This document shows, one piece after another, positions 47,926 through 60,600 of a DNA stretch of 64,000 bases. Positions within the stretch are counted from its first letter, which is position 1; the number at the start of each line of letters is the position of its first letter. The position numbers and the translations under genes were made by a program. This stretch comes from Macrostomum lignano. Lineage: Eukaryota. The stretch covers positions 363,522 to 427,521 of the forward strand of contig NIVC01000452.1 in NCBI GenBank assembly GCA_002269645.1. The letters are read 5' to 3'. Below the pieces are notes generated by a model, which worked only from the letters and a program-made list of their open reading frames with translations, had not been told where the DNA came from and did no database searches.

Positions 47926-48055
47926 GATCTGCCTCTGTCTGTCTGTCTGCCTGTCTAATCTGCCTGTCTGATCTGCCTGTCTGTCTGATCTGCTTGTCTG
48001 TCTGTCTGATCTGCCTGTCTGATCTGCCTGCGTCTGTCTGATCTGCCTGCCTGCC

Positions 48056-48136
<81 letters not shown>

Positions 48137-48190
48137 GATCTGCCTCTGTCTGTCTGTCTGCCTGTCTGATCTGCCTGTCTGATCTGTCTG
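46727..48190 (+). repeat. compound (TCTG)n/GATCTGCC microsatellite in NR intron 6
   Basis: direct inspection. Confidence 0.98.
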
Positions 48191-48255
48191 TCCCATTATT
48201 TTGAATCCTAGTTTAGGTCCCATACTAAGCACCTATCATTAAAATAAAAGCCTAC

Positions 48256-48453
48256 CTTGCACTCTCAGCTCCAAGTTAAGCCGGGAATCCAACTTGACTT
48301 TAGCGGGATCGCAGCCTCTTCTCGTCATCTCAGCCGATCGGAGGTGGATCCAAAACAGTCCGATCACAGCGGAGTGAACGCTTACAACAGCATTGGCGTC
48401 ATCAAACTGTGTCTCTGACGAACTGCTAAATGCATCATTTTTCGAGTCCAAAA
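48256..48453 (-). CDS. nuclear receptor exon 6 (LBD helix 9 region)
   Basis: TTTCAG|TT, phase 1; ..ANAVVSVHSAVIGLFWIHLRS..; donor G|GTAGGC, phase 1. Confidence 0.75.
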
Positions 48454-48499
48454 CTGAAATTAAATACGTAACAAGAATTAATTAAACTGGTTTTTTATC

Positions 48500-49075
48500 T
48501 TGGGATATTCTGATATCCAGAACCCCATTTGGGATATTTTGATATCTAGATCCCCATTTGGGATATTATGGTATTTAGATCCCCATTTGGGATATTCTGA
48601 TATCTAGATCCACATTTGGGATATTATGGTATTTAGATCCCCGTTTTGAGATATTCTGATATCTAGATCCCCATTTGGGATATTATGGTATTTAGATCCC
48701 CATTTGGGATATTCTGATATCTAGATCCACATTTGGGATATTATGGTATTTAGATCCCCGTTTTGAGATATTCTGATATCTAGATTCCCACTTGGGGATA
48801 TTATGGTATTTAGATCCCCATTTTGAGATATTTTGATATCTAGATCCCCACTTGGGGATATTATGGTATTTAGATCCCCATTTTGAGATATTCTGATATC
48901 TAGATCCCGTTTTGGGATATTCTGGTATTTAGATCCCCATTTTGGGATATTCTGACATCTAGATCCTCATTTTAGGATATTCTGGTATTTAGATCCCCAT
49001 TTTGGGATATTCTGATATCTAGATCTTCATTTTAGGATATTCTGGTATTTAGATCCCCATTTTGAGACATTCAGA
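48500..49075 (+). repeat. minisatellite, 29-30-bp unit TAGATCCCCATTTGGGATATT(CTGATATC/ATGGTATT) in NR intron 5
   Basis: about 19 copies alternating as a dimer. Confidence 0.93.
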
Positions 49076-49172
49076 TTTCCGAATCCCTATCGAGACATCG
49101 TGAAGTATCGATCTGAATTTTGGGGACATTCACAGAATAGATTCACAGCAGTACAATTAGCAAGCCACTAAC

Positions 49173-49312
49173 ATGGCGAAGTGAGACAGATGGCCGACAG
49201 AAAGGCCAACTCTTGCTCCGTGACGCCGTGCGAATCCCAAACAGTTGAGACGTCGAAGAATTTAAGAAACAGCTGCGACAACATGGGATGGTTGGCAGTC
49301 GCGAGGAACTCT
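49173..49312 (-). CDS. nuclear receptor exon 5 (LBD helices 7-8)
   Basis: CGCAG|A, phase 2; EFLATANHPMLSQLFLKFF..TEQELAFLSAICLTSP; donor T|GTTAGT. Confidence 0.85.
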
Positions 49313-49409
49313 CTGCGAATGGCGGAGGGGCAGATTGGTTATGTACAGGATTTGAAATCTGGGGCGAGCGTCTGCAGCTGTCTGCTTTAGTGTCTGTCTC
49401 GCTTAGTGT

Positions 49410-50630
49410 CTTTGTAGCCTTAGTATCTTTGTAGCCTTACTGTCTTTGTAGCTTTAGTGTCTTTGTAGCCTTAGTGTCTTTGTAGCCTTAGTGTCTTTGT
49501 AGCCTTAGTGTCTTTGTAGCCTTAGTGTCTTTGTAGCCTTAGTGTCTTTGTAGCCTTAGTATGTTTGTAGCCTTAGTGCCTTTGTAGCCTTAGTGTCTTT
49601 GTAGCCTTAGTATCTTTGTAGCCTTATTGTCTTTGTAGCCTTAGTGTCTTTGTAGCCTTAGTATGTTTGTAGCCTTAGTGCCTTTGTAGCCTTAGTGTCT
49701 TTGTAGCCTTAGTGTCTTTGTAGCCTTAGTATCTTTGTAGCCTTAGTGTCTTTGTAGCCTTAGTGTCTTTGTAGCCTTATTGTCTTTTTAGCTTTTGTGT
49801 CTTTGTAGCCTTAGTGTCTTTGTAGCCTTAGTGTCTTTGTAGCCTTAGTGTCTTTGTAGCCTTAGTGTCTTTGTAGCCTTAGTATCTTTGTAGCCTTATT
49901 GTCTTTGTAGCCTTAGTGTCTTTGTAGCCTTAGTATGTTTGTAGCCTTAGTGCCTTTGTAGCCTTAGTGTCTTTGTAGCCTTAGTATCTTTGTAGCCTTA
50001 TTGTCTTTGTAGCCTTAGTGTCTTTGTAGCCTTAGTATGTTTGTAGCCTTAGTGCCTTTGTAGCCTTAGTGTCTTTGTAGCCTTAGTGTCTTTGTAGCCT
50101 TAGTATCTTTGTAGCCTTAGTGTCTTTGTAGCCTTAGTGTCTTTGTAGCCTTATTGTCTTTTTAGCTTTTGTGTCTTTGTAGCCTTAGTGTCTTTGTAGC
50201 CTTAGTGTCTTTGTAGCTTTAGTGTCTTTGTAGCCTTAGTGTCTTTGTAGCCTTATTGTCTTTTTAGCTTTTGTGTCTTTGTAGCCTTAGTGTCTTTGTA
50301 GCCTTAGTATCTTTGTAGCCTTATTGTCTTTGTAGCCTTAGTGTCTTTGTAGCCTTAGTGTCTTTGTAGCCTTAGTGTCTTTGTAGCTTTTGTGTCTTTG
50401 TAGCCTTAGTGTCTTTGTAGCCTTAGTGTTTTTGTAGCCTTATCTTTGTAGCCTTACTGTCTTTGTAGCCTCAGTGTCTTTGTAGCCTTAGTGTCTTTGT
50501 AGCCTTAGTGTCTTTGTAGTCTTTGTAGCCTTAGCGTCCTAGTCTGCTTCTGTCTGTCGTCTGTCTGTCTGTCTGTCTGTCTGTCTGTGTGTCTGTCTGT
50601 CTGTCTGTCTGTGTGTCTGTCTGTCTGTCT
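49410..50630 (+). repeat. 17-bp minisatellite CTTAGTGTCTTTGTAGC followed by (TCTG)n in NR intron 4
   Basis: about 65 copies plus a short microsatellite at ~50545-50628. Confidence 0.97.
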
Positions 50631-50736
50631 TAGCATTAGTGCTCCTGCATGCTCTTAGTGTTATCCTAATATCTACATGCCTTCAGTACCTAACTATCTG
50701 TCTACCCCAGCCTTAAACAGTGGAACAAGTACAAAC

Positions 50737-51068
50737 TTAGTCAAACGATAGTGCAGCGCAGGATCGATAATGTAGCCTTCGCCAGACTGGATCAAGGCGT
50801 CGCAGAAGCGCATAGCAATGACCTTGAAGCAGTGGTGCACAATCAGGCGCCGCTTATCAGAGTCAAGTAGAACATCGGAGCAGCGAGATGCCAGCACCCG
50901 GTTGTGGTCGCTGTCGTTGAGTTGCTGCTGATCTGAATGACCGTGAGCGGCGGCGCTGCTGCCTAGAATGTTCCTGGCGAAGGCCACTATACGGAGCATC
51001 AGCTGGGGTATGCAGCCCACCAGGTGATTCAGCACGGCGGCTTCTTCACCGATAGCCGGTTCGCGTAA
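50737..51068 (-). CDS. nuclear receptor exon 4 (LBD helices 3-5)
   Basis: TTCCAG|LREPAIGEE..IPQLMLRIVAFARNILG..DKRRLIVHHCFKVIAMRF; donor AA|GTTTGT, phase 2, fits exon 5. Confidence 0.85.
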
Positions 51069-51224
51069 CTGGAATCAAGTGCAGCAATTCATGAGTGTAC
51101 TTTTTCAAGCTTTGGTCAGGGCTGAAATTATAAAATACTTAATAAGTATGATCACGAAGGCGCTTCACAGAGTGAGCAGGAGCATGCTTTACGGCTTACA
51201 GAGTGCCCATACAGAAAGTCACAC

Positions 51225-52212
51225 GAGGAGAGTGGCATTCCTGAGTGAACGCATAGTGTGACAATTGGAGAGTGACATTCCTGAGTGAACGCATAGTGTG
51301 ACAATTGGAGAGTGGCATTCCTGAGTGAACGCATAGTGTGACAATTGGAGAGTGGCATTCCTCAGTGAACGCATAGTGTGACAATTGGAGAGTGGCATTC
51401 CTGAGTGAACGCATAGTGTGACAATTGGAGAGTGGCATTCCTGAGTGAACGCATAGTGTGACAATTGGAGAGTGGCATTCCTGAGTGAACGCATAGTGTG
51501 ACAATTGGAGAGTGGCATTCCTGAGTGAACGCAGTGTGACAATTGGAGAGTGGCATTCATGAGTGAACGCATAGTGTGACAATTGGAGAGTGGCATTCCT
51601 GAGTGAACGCATAGTGTGACAATTGGAGAGTGGCATTCCTGAGTGAACGCAGTGTGACAATTGGAGAGTGGCATTCCTGAGTGAACGCATAGTGTGACAA
51701 TTGGAGAGTGACATTCCTGAGTAAACGCATAGTGTGACAATTGGAGAGTGACATTCCTGAGTGAACGCATAGTGTGACAATTGGAGAGTGACATTCCTGA
51801 GTGAACGCATAGTGTGACAATTGGAGAGTGACATTCCTGAGTGAACGCATAGTGTGACAATTGGAGTGAAATTCCTGAGTGAACGCATAGTGTGACAATT
51901 GGAGAGTGGCATTCCTGAGTGAACGCATAGTGTGACAATTGGAGAGTGGCATTCCTGAGTGAACGCAGTGTGACAATTGGAGAGTGACATTCCTGAGTGA
52001 ACGCATAGTGTGACAATTGGAGAGTGACATTCCTGAGTGAACGCATAGTGTGACAATTGGAGTGAAATTCCTGAGTGAACGCATAGTGTGACAATTGGAG
52101 AGTGGCATTCCTGAGTGAACGCATAGTGTGACAATTGGAGTGAAATTCCTGAGTGAACGCATAGTGTGACAATTGGAGAGTGGCATTCCTGAGTGAACGC
52201 ATAGTGTGACAC
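51225..52212 (+). repeat. 40-bp minisatellite GAGTGAACGCATAGTGTGACAATTGGAGAGTGGCATTCCT in NR intron 3
   Basis: about 25 copies with 37-bp deletion variants. Confidence 0.97.
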
Positions 52213-52389
52213 TTTAAGAGTTCCATTCCGTACTAGTACATATTCTTAATTTTAAAGTGAAATAGTCACATAAACCTTTTTAAGAGCCAATTTGAAATAG
52301 ATATCTACCGTAGAAAAACATCAAGTCCGATAGTCTAAATTTAATTACAGTGACATTAAAAAAATATACAAATCAAACAACCTAATCTA

Positions 52390-53335
52390 CCATCCAAATC
52401 GACCACCCAGATAAACCGGCCATCCAGATAAACCGGCCATCCAGATAAACCGGCCATCCAGATAAACCGGCCATCCAGATAAACCGGCCATCCAGATAAA
52501 CCGGCCATCCAGATAAACCGGCCATCCAGATAAACCGGCCATCCAGATAAACCGGCCATCCAGATAAACCGGCCACCCAGATAAACCGGCCAAAATCGAC
52601 CATCCAGATAAACCGGCCATCCAGATAAACCGGCCACCCAGATAAACCGGCCAAAATCGACAATCCAGATAAACCGGCCATCCAAATAGACCATCCAGAT
52701 AAACCGGCCATCCAAATAGACCACCCAGATAAACCGGCCATCCAAATAGACCACCCAGATAAACCGGCCATCCAAATAGACCACCCAGATAAACCGGCCA
52801 TCCAAATCGACCATCCAGATAAACCGGCCATCCAGATAAACCAGCCATCCAGATAAACCGGCCACCCAGATAAACCGGCCAAAATCGACAATCCAGATAA
52901 ACCGGCCATCCAAATAGACCATCCAGATAAACCGGCCATCCAGATAAACCGGCCATCCAGATAAACCGGCCATCCAGATAAACCGGCCAAAATCGACAAT
53001 CCAGATAAACCGGCCATCCAAATAGACCATCCAGATAAACCGGCCATCCAAATAGACCATCCAGATAAACCGGCCATCCAAATAGACCACCCAGATAAAC
53101 CGGCCATCCAAATAGACCACCCAGATAAACCGGCCATCCAAATAGACCACCCAGATAAACCGGCCATCCAAATCGACCATCCAGATAAACCGGCCATCCA
53201 GATAAACCGGCCACCCAAATAAACCGGCCAAAATCGACAATCCAGATAAACCGGCCATCCAAATAGACCATCCAGATAAACCGGCCATCCAAATAGACCA
53301 TCCAGATAAACCGGCCATCCAAATCGACCATCCTT
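52390..53335 (+). repeat. 17/29-bp minisatellite CCAGATAAACCGGCCAT(CCAAATAGACCA) in NR intron 3
   Basis: explains the WPVYLDGRF repeats in ORFs 52356-, 52382- and 52387-. Confidence 0.97.
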
Positions 53336-53396
53336 CATGCCGGACAGAAATCGTAGAGAAAAACCCTAGGTTAGACCCCCATAGCAACACACTCAC

Positions 53397-53987
53397 CATA
53401 GGCAAGCGCTCAGCCCTGAACTTAGACATCCGGTCCTGACAGAAGTAGGCGGTGCGCCGATGCCCCTCGAGAATGAGCTCCGTGCTCTCGGCAATGGCCC
53501 GGCCGCAGACAGGGTTCTGGCTGAACTGATCGTTTAAATCGGCTTCCCAGTACTGCACAAATTTGTCAACCGCGCACAGGATTAACTTGGCCGAATCGCC
53601 GGACACGTCCGGACGATCGCAGAGTGAGCAAAGCCACGCGGCCGAGCGACTGTCGGTGTCGCCAGTCAGGCGGTGGCACAGGCGGACAAGCGACTGGCCC
53701 GATAGCAGCGGCTGACAGCCGGTTAGCCAGGCTTCGCTAAGCTGACCGTCCGGCGGCGGCGGGGGAGGAGGCGGGTGAGGCGGCGGAGTCGGGGAGCTCC
53801 GACTGCTGCTGCCGCAGCGACCGGAGCTCGATGCCCAGGGTGACTGGGCGCCGACGACTGCGACCGACGGAGTGACCGGGACGGATTGTGCGGATGGCGG
53901 AAACGATGCCGACGGCGGTGGCGGCGGCGGCGGTGAGGTGGCGACGGTGGCGGCGGGACTCGATAGAAGTCGGGGCAAGGAGCTGGT
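53397..53987 (-). CDS. nuclear receptor exon 3 (Pro-rich hinge and LBD helix 1)
   Basis: CTGCAG|ACC, phase 0; poly-Pro hinge; IAESTELILEGHRRTAYF; donor ATG|GTGAGT; 591 nt. Confidence 0.85.
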
Positions 53988-54054
53988 CTGCAGAGTTTAA
54001 TAGGACAGGATGTACTTCAAATACTACTTTTTTCCCTGGTTTTTAGTGTGAATG

Positions 54055-54552
54055 TCAGCGACCTTTGACTGGCACAGTTTGACTGTCAGTGACTTTTTGA
54101 CTGGCTCAATTTGACTGTCAGTGACTTTTTGACTGGCAAAATTTGACTTTCAGTGACTTTTGACTGGCACAGTTTGACTGTCAGTGACTTTTGACTGGCA
54201 CAGTTTGACTGTCAGTGACTTTTGACTGGCACAGTTTGACTGTCAGTGACTTTTGACTGTCAGTGACTTTTGACTGGCACAGTTTGACTGTCAGTGACTT
54301 TTGACTGTCAGTGACCTTTTGACTGGCACAATTTGACTGTCCGCGACTTTTTTTGACTGCCAGTGACCTTTTGACTGGCACAATTTGACTGTCAGTGACG
54401 TTTTGACTGGCACAGTTTGACTGTCAGTGACCTTTTGACTGGCACAATTTGACTGTCAGTGACCTTTTGACTGGCACAATTTGACTGTCAGTGACCTTTT
54501 GACTGGCACAGTTTGACTGCCAGTGACCTTTTGACTGGCACAATTTGACTGA
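54055..54552 (+). repeat. 15/16-bp compound minisatellite TTTGACTGTCAGTGAC / TTTTGACTGGCACAG in NR intron 2
   Basis: direct inspection. Confidence 0.93.
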
Positions 54553-54705
54553 CTTCTGAGAACGAGAAGAGCGGGAAACTGGGCTCTAGTTCAGCCCCCT
54601 CTTTTTATTCAGATGGTTTTCAGTGGGCTCTGGGCACTGCCGCAAACCAAAGCTTCAACCTCTGAGGCACCCAACCCCGCCGTGTTAAGAAAACTATTCA
54701 CGCAC

Positions 54706-55107
54706 CCGAGCACAGGAGGTGACAGGCGATTTGTCGCTATTTAGCGAGGCCTGTCGTCTAAAACAGGTGCGACGACAGACTTGGTTTTCAAATTCCCGCC
54801 GTTTCAGCTCGATGAAGCGCAGCAGTTGCTGATCGCTGATTGTCTCAGCGTCTACAGAGCTCGGCGAAGGCGGCTGCTGGGTTCGACGCTTTGCGCCGCC
54901 GACTCCGCGACCGCCGTTGCCGTTGTCGGCGTCGAGTCTGGCCCGACGGCCGAGTTTCGAACGCTGCCGGCCCATGTTAACGGCGCAGCACTTTTTCAAA
55001 CGGCACCATTGGCAGGCGTTGCGAGTCTGCGGCGTTATCGCCAGCGGGCTGGCGTGGGAGCAGGCACCGGCCGGGTTGCGGGACGACACGATACGGCGGA
55101 AAAAGCC
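54706..55107 (-). CDS. nuclear receptor exon 2 (P-box completion, zinc finger II, T-box)
   Basis: AAG|GFFRRIVSSRNPAGACSHASPLAITPQTRNACQWCRLKKCCAVNMGRQRSKLGRR; donor CGG|GTGCGT at 54706 (alternative in-phase donor at 54781). Confidence 0.9.
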
Positions 55108-55156
55108 CTTGGAGAATGGGAGTGAGCGAAACTTTTAGATCATCCGCCTGCCTTAA

Positions 55157-57435
55157 TCAGGTAGATCTATCTACCTGCCATATAAGTTGTCAATTGGGTG
55201 CCCACTGTACTGCTGAGATAGATCTATCTGCTGCTCACTGTGCTAGTAGAATAGATCTATCTGCTGCTCACTGTGCTACTAGGATAGATCTATCAGCTGC
55301 TCACTGTGCTACTAGAATAGATCTATCTGCTGCTCACTGTGCTACTAGGATAGATCTATCTGCTGCTCACTGTGCTACTAGGATAGATCTATCAGCTGCT
55401 CACTGTGCTAGTAGAATAGATCTATCTGCTGCTCACTGTGCTACTAGAATAGATCTATCTGCTGCTCACTGTGCTACTAGAATAGATCTATCTGCTGCTC
55501 ACTGTGCTACTAGAATAGATCTATCTGCTGCTCACTGTGCAAGTAGAATCGATCTATCTGCTGCTCACTGTGCTACTAGAATAGATCTATCTGCTGCTCA
55601 CTGTGCTACTAGGATAGATCTATCTGCTGCTCATTGTGCTACTAGGATAGATCGATCTGCTGCTCACTGTGCTACTAGGATAGATCTATCTGCTTCCCAT
55701 TGTGCTACCAAGGTAGTTCTATCTGCCATTAACAGCTACTAGGATAGATCTATCTGTCATTCAATAGGTACTAGGATAGATCTATCTGCAATTCAAAAGG
55801 TACTAGGATAGATCTATCTGCCATTCAGCAGCTACTAGGATAGATCTATCTGCCATTCAGCAGCTACTAGGATAGATCTATCTGTCATTCAACAGCTACT
55901 AGAATATATCTATTTGCCATTCAGCAGCTACTAGGATAGATCTATCTGCCATTCAGCAGCTACTAGAATAGATCTATCTGCTGCTCACTGTGCTAGTAGA
56001 ATCGATCTATCTGCTGCTCATTGTGCTACTAGGATAGATCTATCTGCTGCTCATTGTGCTACTAGAATAGATCTATCTGCTGCTCACTGTGCTACTAGAA
56101 TAGATCTATCTGCTGCTCACTGTGCTACTAGAATAGATCTATCTGCTGCTCACTGTGCTACTAGGATAGATCTATCTGCTTCCCATTGTGCTACCAAGGT
56201 AGTTCTATCTGCCATTAACAGCTACTAGGATAGATCTATCTGTCATTCAATAGGTACTAGGATAGATCTATCTGTCATTCAATAGGTACTAGGATAGATC
56301 TATCTGTCATTCAATAGGTACTAGGATAGATCTATCTGCCATTCAGCAGCTACTAGGATAGATCTATCTGCCATTCAGCAGCTACTAGGATAGATCTATC
56401 TGCCATTCAGCAGCTACTAGGATAGATCTATCTGCCATTCAGCAGCTACTAGGATAGATCTATCTGTCATTCAACAGCTACTAGAATATATCTATTTGCC
56501 ATTCAGCAGCTACTAGGATAGATCTATCTGCCATTCAGCAGCTACTAGAATAGATCTATCTGCTGCTCACTGTGCTAGTAGAATCGATCTATCTGCTGCT
56601 CACTGTGCTACTAGGATAGATCTATCTGCTGCTCATTGTGCTACTAGAATAGATCTATCTGCTTCCCATAGTGCTACCAAGGTAGTTCTATCTGCCATTA
56701 ACAGCTACTAGGATAGATCTATCTGCCATTCAATAGGTACTAGGATAGATCTATCTGTCATTCAATAGGTACTAGGATAGATCTATCTGTCATTCAATAG
56801 GTACTAGGATAGATCTATCTGCCATTCAGCAGCTACTAGGATAGATCTATCTGCCATTCAGCAGCTACTAGGATAGATCTATCTGCCATTCAGCAGCTAC
56901 TAGGATAGATCTATCTGCCATTCAGCAGCTACTAGGATAGATCTATCTGTCATTCAACAGCTACTAGAATATATCTATTTGCCATTCAGCAGCTACTAGG
57001 ATAGATCTATCTGCCATTCAGCAGCTACTAGAATAGATCTATCTGCTGCTCACTGTGCTAGTAGAATCGATCTATCTGCTGCTCACTGTGCTACTAGGAT
57101 AGATCTATCTGCTGCTCATTGTGCTACTAGAATAGATCTATCTGCTTCCCATAGTGCTACCAAGGTAGTTCTATCTGCCATTAACAGCTACTAGGATAGA
57201 TCTATCTGCCATTCAATAGGTACTAGGATATATCTATCTGTCATTCAACAGCTACTAGAATATATCTATCTGCCATTCAGCAGCTACTAGGATAGATCTA
57301 TCTGCCATTCAACAACTACTATGATAGATCTATCTGCCATTCAACAACTATTATGGTAGATCTATCTGCCATTCAGCAGCTACTATGATAGATCTATCTG
57401 CCATTCAACAACTATTATGGTAGATCTATCTGCCG
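55157..57435 (+). repeat. 33/32-bp minisatellite AGATCTATCTGCTGCTCACTGTGCTACTAGAAT / AGATCTATCTGCCATTCAGCAGCTACTAGGAT filling NR intron 1
   Basis: two interleaved unit types with higher-order blocks; explains ORF 55116+. Confidence 0.97.
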
Positions 57436-57438
57436 CAC

Positions 57439-57684
57439 CTTGCAGCCTTCGCAAGTGGGCACACCGTAGTGCACACCGCTGGCTACATCCTGGCAAACAG
57501 CGCATGAAGAACCGCGCGGACTGTTGGACAAGCCTGAAGCCGAACCGGAAGCTGAATTCGACACGGCAGAAACAGACGACTTGCCCGACGGAGACGTCGA
57601 CAAGTCCAGCGACGTGCGAGCCGGAAGCAGCAGCCGGGACTGCGGCTGAGTAGCTTGAGCTTGAGTCGAGTCTGCGCTTGCCAT
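57439..57684 (-). CDS. nuclear receptor exon 1 (A/B domain and zinc finger I); NR1-subfamily-like, ~700-724 aa total over 46437-57684
   Basis: ATG at 57684, MASADSTQ..SSCAVCQDVASGVHYGVPTCEGCK|GTGCGG; P-box CEGCKG; all seven exons are phase-compatible. Confidence 0.92.
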
Positions 57685-60600
57685 TTTTTGGCCTAGGTCA
57701 CGCACGCGATCTTGAATGACACTAGTTCTGGCTGCAAATGCACAGGGCAAATGCTCAAACAAATCAGTACAACAACAGGTTACAAGTAAGAAAACAAGCC
57801 TAAAACTTCAAGCCTTTTTTGTCACACTTTTTGTTCAGGCATCAACATTAACTACAGGTGTTTCATATTTAGCATCAATTATTTTATAACTATTTAGATT
57901 CGTGCAACTTTAGGATTTTTATATCAAACTGTCAAAGTTAAATAAGCTATAAACATGGAGCCTGCAGACTTTTACACAAATTCTGTGGGTCAAAGGCTTA
58001 GCAATATAAATGATATAGTATACAGTGTTTGGTGTTTTATTTTTTATTGAATTCTTTTGACTGATTCTGGATTTGGACCCACAATACCAAATGGCAACCC
58101 ACTATAATTCTATTGCTTAGAAAACTCTATCTCAATTATATAGATAATAGTTAACTTTATATCAATTGAAAATTGGCCACTTACTCAACAAGCCCTACAT
58201 CATAGCATAGCATATATACATAACACTTAGCCAATCTAGTGAATCTAGCCAAATGATAAAATGGCCAAAGCAGGTAATGATATTTTTCAAAACTGATCAA
58301 CCAAGCACCCAAAAATTGTTAGGATGGAGGGTGACATAGGACAAAAACATTTAATTTAAGTCAAAGACAAAATATTTAAACTACACATACAGCTTTGCTA
58401 TACAAAGGCTCTCTAGATACAATTATGCCATATTTTCATAGAAGACTATATTGAACCAATTAGATAAAATTCAATAAGCTTTGCATATAAATTTGGCTTT
58501 GAGATTGGGGTCTAGTATTATAAACACTATATGTAGCTCAAATGAAAGTATGTTTCAATTTAATACCATTGGCTTTTATAGAGTATAAACTAAATAAACA
58601 AGGACTTATTCTAAAATCTAAAAGAATTGCATTGGCATATATTCTATATATCTATTAAATATTTTTTTTAATTTTTGTATTTGTATATTAAATACTATAT
58701 TTCAATTTTAAAACTTATATCAATTGTATATTAAAATTATTCTATTATTAAAAACAGAAATATATTCTATTTTTTAATAAATAATAATAATGCTTATCTA
58801 TACAAATATTTTGTTTGCTTTAAAAACTTTTCTTAAACTTTAAAAGTTGCTTGTATTTTAATAGGTCATGCTATAGTATACTTATTATTGCTCTATATTA
58901 TTCCTTTGGTATAGTCATATATGCAAAGGATTTAAAAATATAAAAAAGAGGAAGGTAGATTATAAACATAAGAGTAGAGACACTATAATATACATAAGAT
59001 CACTGCCCATTTAATTTTAAATTATTAAATTTTAGAATATTGATAATATTTGCAACTGCTAAACCGAAGGAAAAGGGGCATCATCATTGTTAGCCATATA
59101 GGATAGCTGCTATTGTCTTGCCCCTCTCCTTAAATCTACTCTTGTATAAGTAATATAATCTAGGTTTTTATACATAGTCATAGAGTGTGTGCATATCATA
59201 TGTATTCTAATTTTTAGCAAAAAATCTAGGATAATTTTTATATAAACTTTTTTTCAAATATAGCCTAGCTTAAAGTTTAGTATAGTATTGTACTCTTAGA
59301 CTTAAGGTTTTAGATCAGGATTAGGAATCAATCTTTCATTCCTTTTCAAGTTTATTTAAATAGATAACTATTAAAAAGCTTTTGGCCCTATATAATGATT
59401 TTAGACTTATTCAAAGTCTTAGATATAATAACTAGCAGTTTGATTTTTATAAAAACAAAAGCTTTGTCTTTATTATTTAAAACTAACCCAATTTAGACTC
59501 ACAACCTTCCTCTTTTGTTTTACTTTAATTAACAAATTAAATTAAACTTTAAATTAAGCAACTTATATCAAAAATCTATTTGATTGAATTTAATCAAGGA
59601 TATAAATTTAAATTTCTATCTCTACCTGTACTTAATTCTAAGTAATTTCAATTTAAGATTATTAATGTTAAAAATTTGTAATTGAGAAGAATGAGAAAGG
59701 GGGTTAAATTTTTTCTATTAGGGGCCTAAGTCATTCAATTGAATTTGAGTACTAGGCCTACTTTAAAGGGTAATATATATTATTTTAAGGCTAGGAGGCT
59801 AGCCGCTAGGCTATGGCTTAAAATGCATTAGAAAATGTAGCGCCACAACAGTCATTAGTGTTAATCATTAATTAGACAAGTTAGATTAGACTAAGATAGA
59901 ACTAAGACTAAGAGTCAGACAGAGTAGCCCTACACAACAATATGCAATACAGTGCAAAATCTAGTGCTTTTAGTGATTTACAAAGGATGTTAATAGACTT
60001 TAAATGCACTTCTTTTTATCTAACTTGCATAAGGGCTAGGCCTAATCCCTAAGCAGGCTAAGGCTTTGATTGCAGGACTTAAGTAAATTTAAATCCTTGA
60101 TTTAATTTAGTACTTTACTATAAAGTCAAAAGTGTAAGTACTAAACTATTATATAACAACACCGCTTTAGCTTCAACAATTTACTATGCTAACAACTAAC
60201 TTTGACATTTTAAGCATTTTTTCAATCGATTTTTTACAATATTTTGGGGGGTGCTTTTATGCGGGGTGAATTCGGTAAGTAAGTAGTTACGAGCTAGTTA
60301 ATAGTTAGTAGTTACTAGTTATACTAGTTAGACCTGCTGAACTTTTATTTAAAATGCATACCTTAAAACGCATATTTAAAAGTAAAATGTTTCAGTGTTT
60401 TTATCTTTACTCAAAATTATACATTTTGGGTATTCCTAGAATTGATTTTTTAAGCTCAATTAGCAAATAATTGGAACTAGTCAATTTTGTTTGTTATGCC
60501 TTTAAAAATAAGCGGACTGTGTATTGAAAGGATTTTAATTTTCTAACGCAAGCAAAAACGGTTAATCAAAATGCCTATGTACTTGACTGTTGGGAAGAGA

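Noticed and set aside
47528-48232. QTDR-repeat ORF and the YLSI ORF at 41358-41789
   Set aside because: Tetranucleotide microsatellite translations.
51135-51175. ATACTTA..ATGATCACGAAGG resembling U1 snRNA
   Set aside because: Only a 13-nt match; lacks the ACCTG 5' motif, the stem-loops and the Sm site.
55116-55742. 208-aa RIDLSAAHCAT repeat ORF
   Set aside because: Translation of the intronic 33-bp minisatellite, antisense to the nuclear receptor.
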